Positions 23,637 through 24,163 of a stretch of DNA of 24,163 bases are shown piece after piece (position 1 is the stretch's first letter; each line of letters starts with the position of its first letter). This stretch comes from a virus. Taxonomy: Duplodnaviria > Caudoviricetes. The stretch lies in the IMG/VR virus record IMGVR_UViG_3300028635_000415, positions 1 to 24,163 of that record; one strand, 5' to 3'. The translations under genes and the position numbers were made by a program. Under the pieces are notes generated by a model. That model ran no database searches and had not been told where the DNA came from. It was given only the letters and a program-made list of their open reading frames with translations.

Positions 23637-24163
23637 GTGGCGAAGACCGTGAAACCAACAGCTCCCCCACCGGCTGACAAGCCCAAGCCCAAGTCGACCC
23701 TGCTGGTCGAGACGTGGCCCGTCGACAAGCCGGTCCCGTATCCGAAGAACGCCCGCGTGATCCCCGAGAGCGCCGTCGACCTCGTGGCCAAGAGCCTGCG
23801 GGAGTTTGGCTGGCGCCAGCCCATCGTGGTTGACGAGCAGGGCGTCATCGTGGTGGGGCACACCCGTCTCAAGGCAGCTTTGAAGCTGGGGCTGAAGTCT
23901 GTCCCCGTGCACGTCATGCGCGGTGTCCCGCAGGACAAGGTGGATGCCTACCGCCTGATGGATAACCGCGCCAATCAGGAAACGATGTGGGACAACGACG
24001 TCCTGGCCGAGGAGTTGTCTGAGCTGCGGGCCACCGGGTACGACCTTGCCAATACCGGCTTCTCCGCCGCCGAGCTCCAGGCCCACCTGGAGGGGATGGA
24101 GACCACGAAGGACTTGGAGGCCGTAGCAGGAAAGGGGCCGGCTTCTGAGGCAGAGGACACCCC
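23637..24163 (+). CDS. ParB N-terminal domain protein, 3'-truncated by the window (a type often fused to DNA methyltransferases); not in ORF track
   Basis: GGAGGT RBS + GTG; PYPKNARVI..VAKSLREFGWRQPIVVD..IVVGHTRLKAALKLGL..VPV..AYRLMDNR..WD..L..EL. Confidence 0.85.
   Translation, partial: MAKTVKPTAPPPADKPKPKSTLLVETWPVDKPVPYPKNARVIPESAVDLVAKSLREFGWRQPIVVDEQGVIVVGHTRLKAALKLGLKSVPVHVMRGVPQDKVDAYRLMDNRANQETMWDNDVLAEELSELRATGYDLANTGFSAAELQAHLEGMETTKDLEAVAGKGPASEAEDT

Noticed and set aside
1-24163. tRNA, rRNA, CRISPR array, integrase or IS element
   Set aside because: None recognised; intergenic gaps are too short for RNA genes or arrays

Overview
GC-rich bacteriophage DNA, probably from a large tailed phage given the T4-gp20-type portal. 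All credible genes are on the + strand and many are translationally coupled. Gene order: hypothetical; ParB-like protein with HTH; SbcD/Mre11; small membrane protein; SbcC/Rad50; RuvC-like resolvase; HNH endonuclease; probable terminase small subunit; terminase large subunit; portal; HU/IHF-like protein; hypotheticals; a second ParB-N protein; homing-type endonuclease; RecQ; DenV glycosylase; nucleoside deoxyribosyltransferase-like protein; a second DenV-superfamily protein; a GIY-YIG endonuclease broken by one in-frame TGA (missed by the ORF track); a WGR-regulatory-catalytic PARP; another endonuclease; small genes; degenerate dUTPase; thymidylate kinase; a third ParB-N gene running off the end. 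Main observations: (1) seven copies of a 15-bp palindrome TGAACCG(C/G)CGGTTCA, mostly 2.5-4 kb apart, over stop codons or in protein tails (candidate KorB-operator/parS-like network); (2) a duplicated PARP C-terminus flanking an endonuclease; (3) AT-richer recoded gene ends next to endonuclease genes; (4) TTGACC promoters, two apparently leaderless, with a GGTTC-N4/5-GAACC inverted repeat; (5) an RNA hairpin occluding the GIY-YIG start codon. All assignments come from motif recognition by eye; no database search was run.
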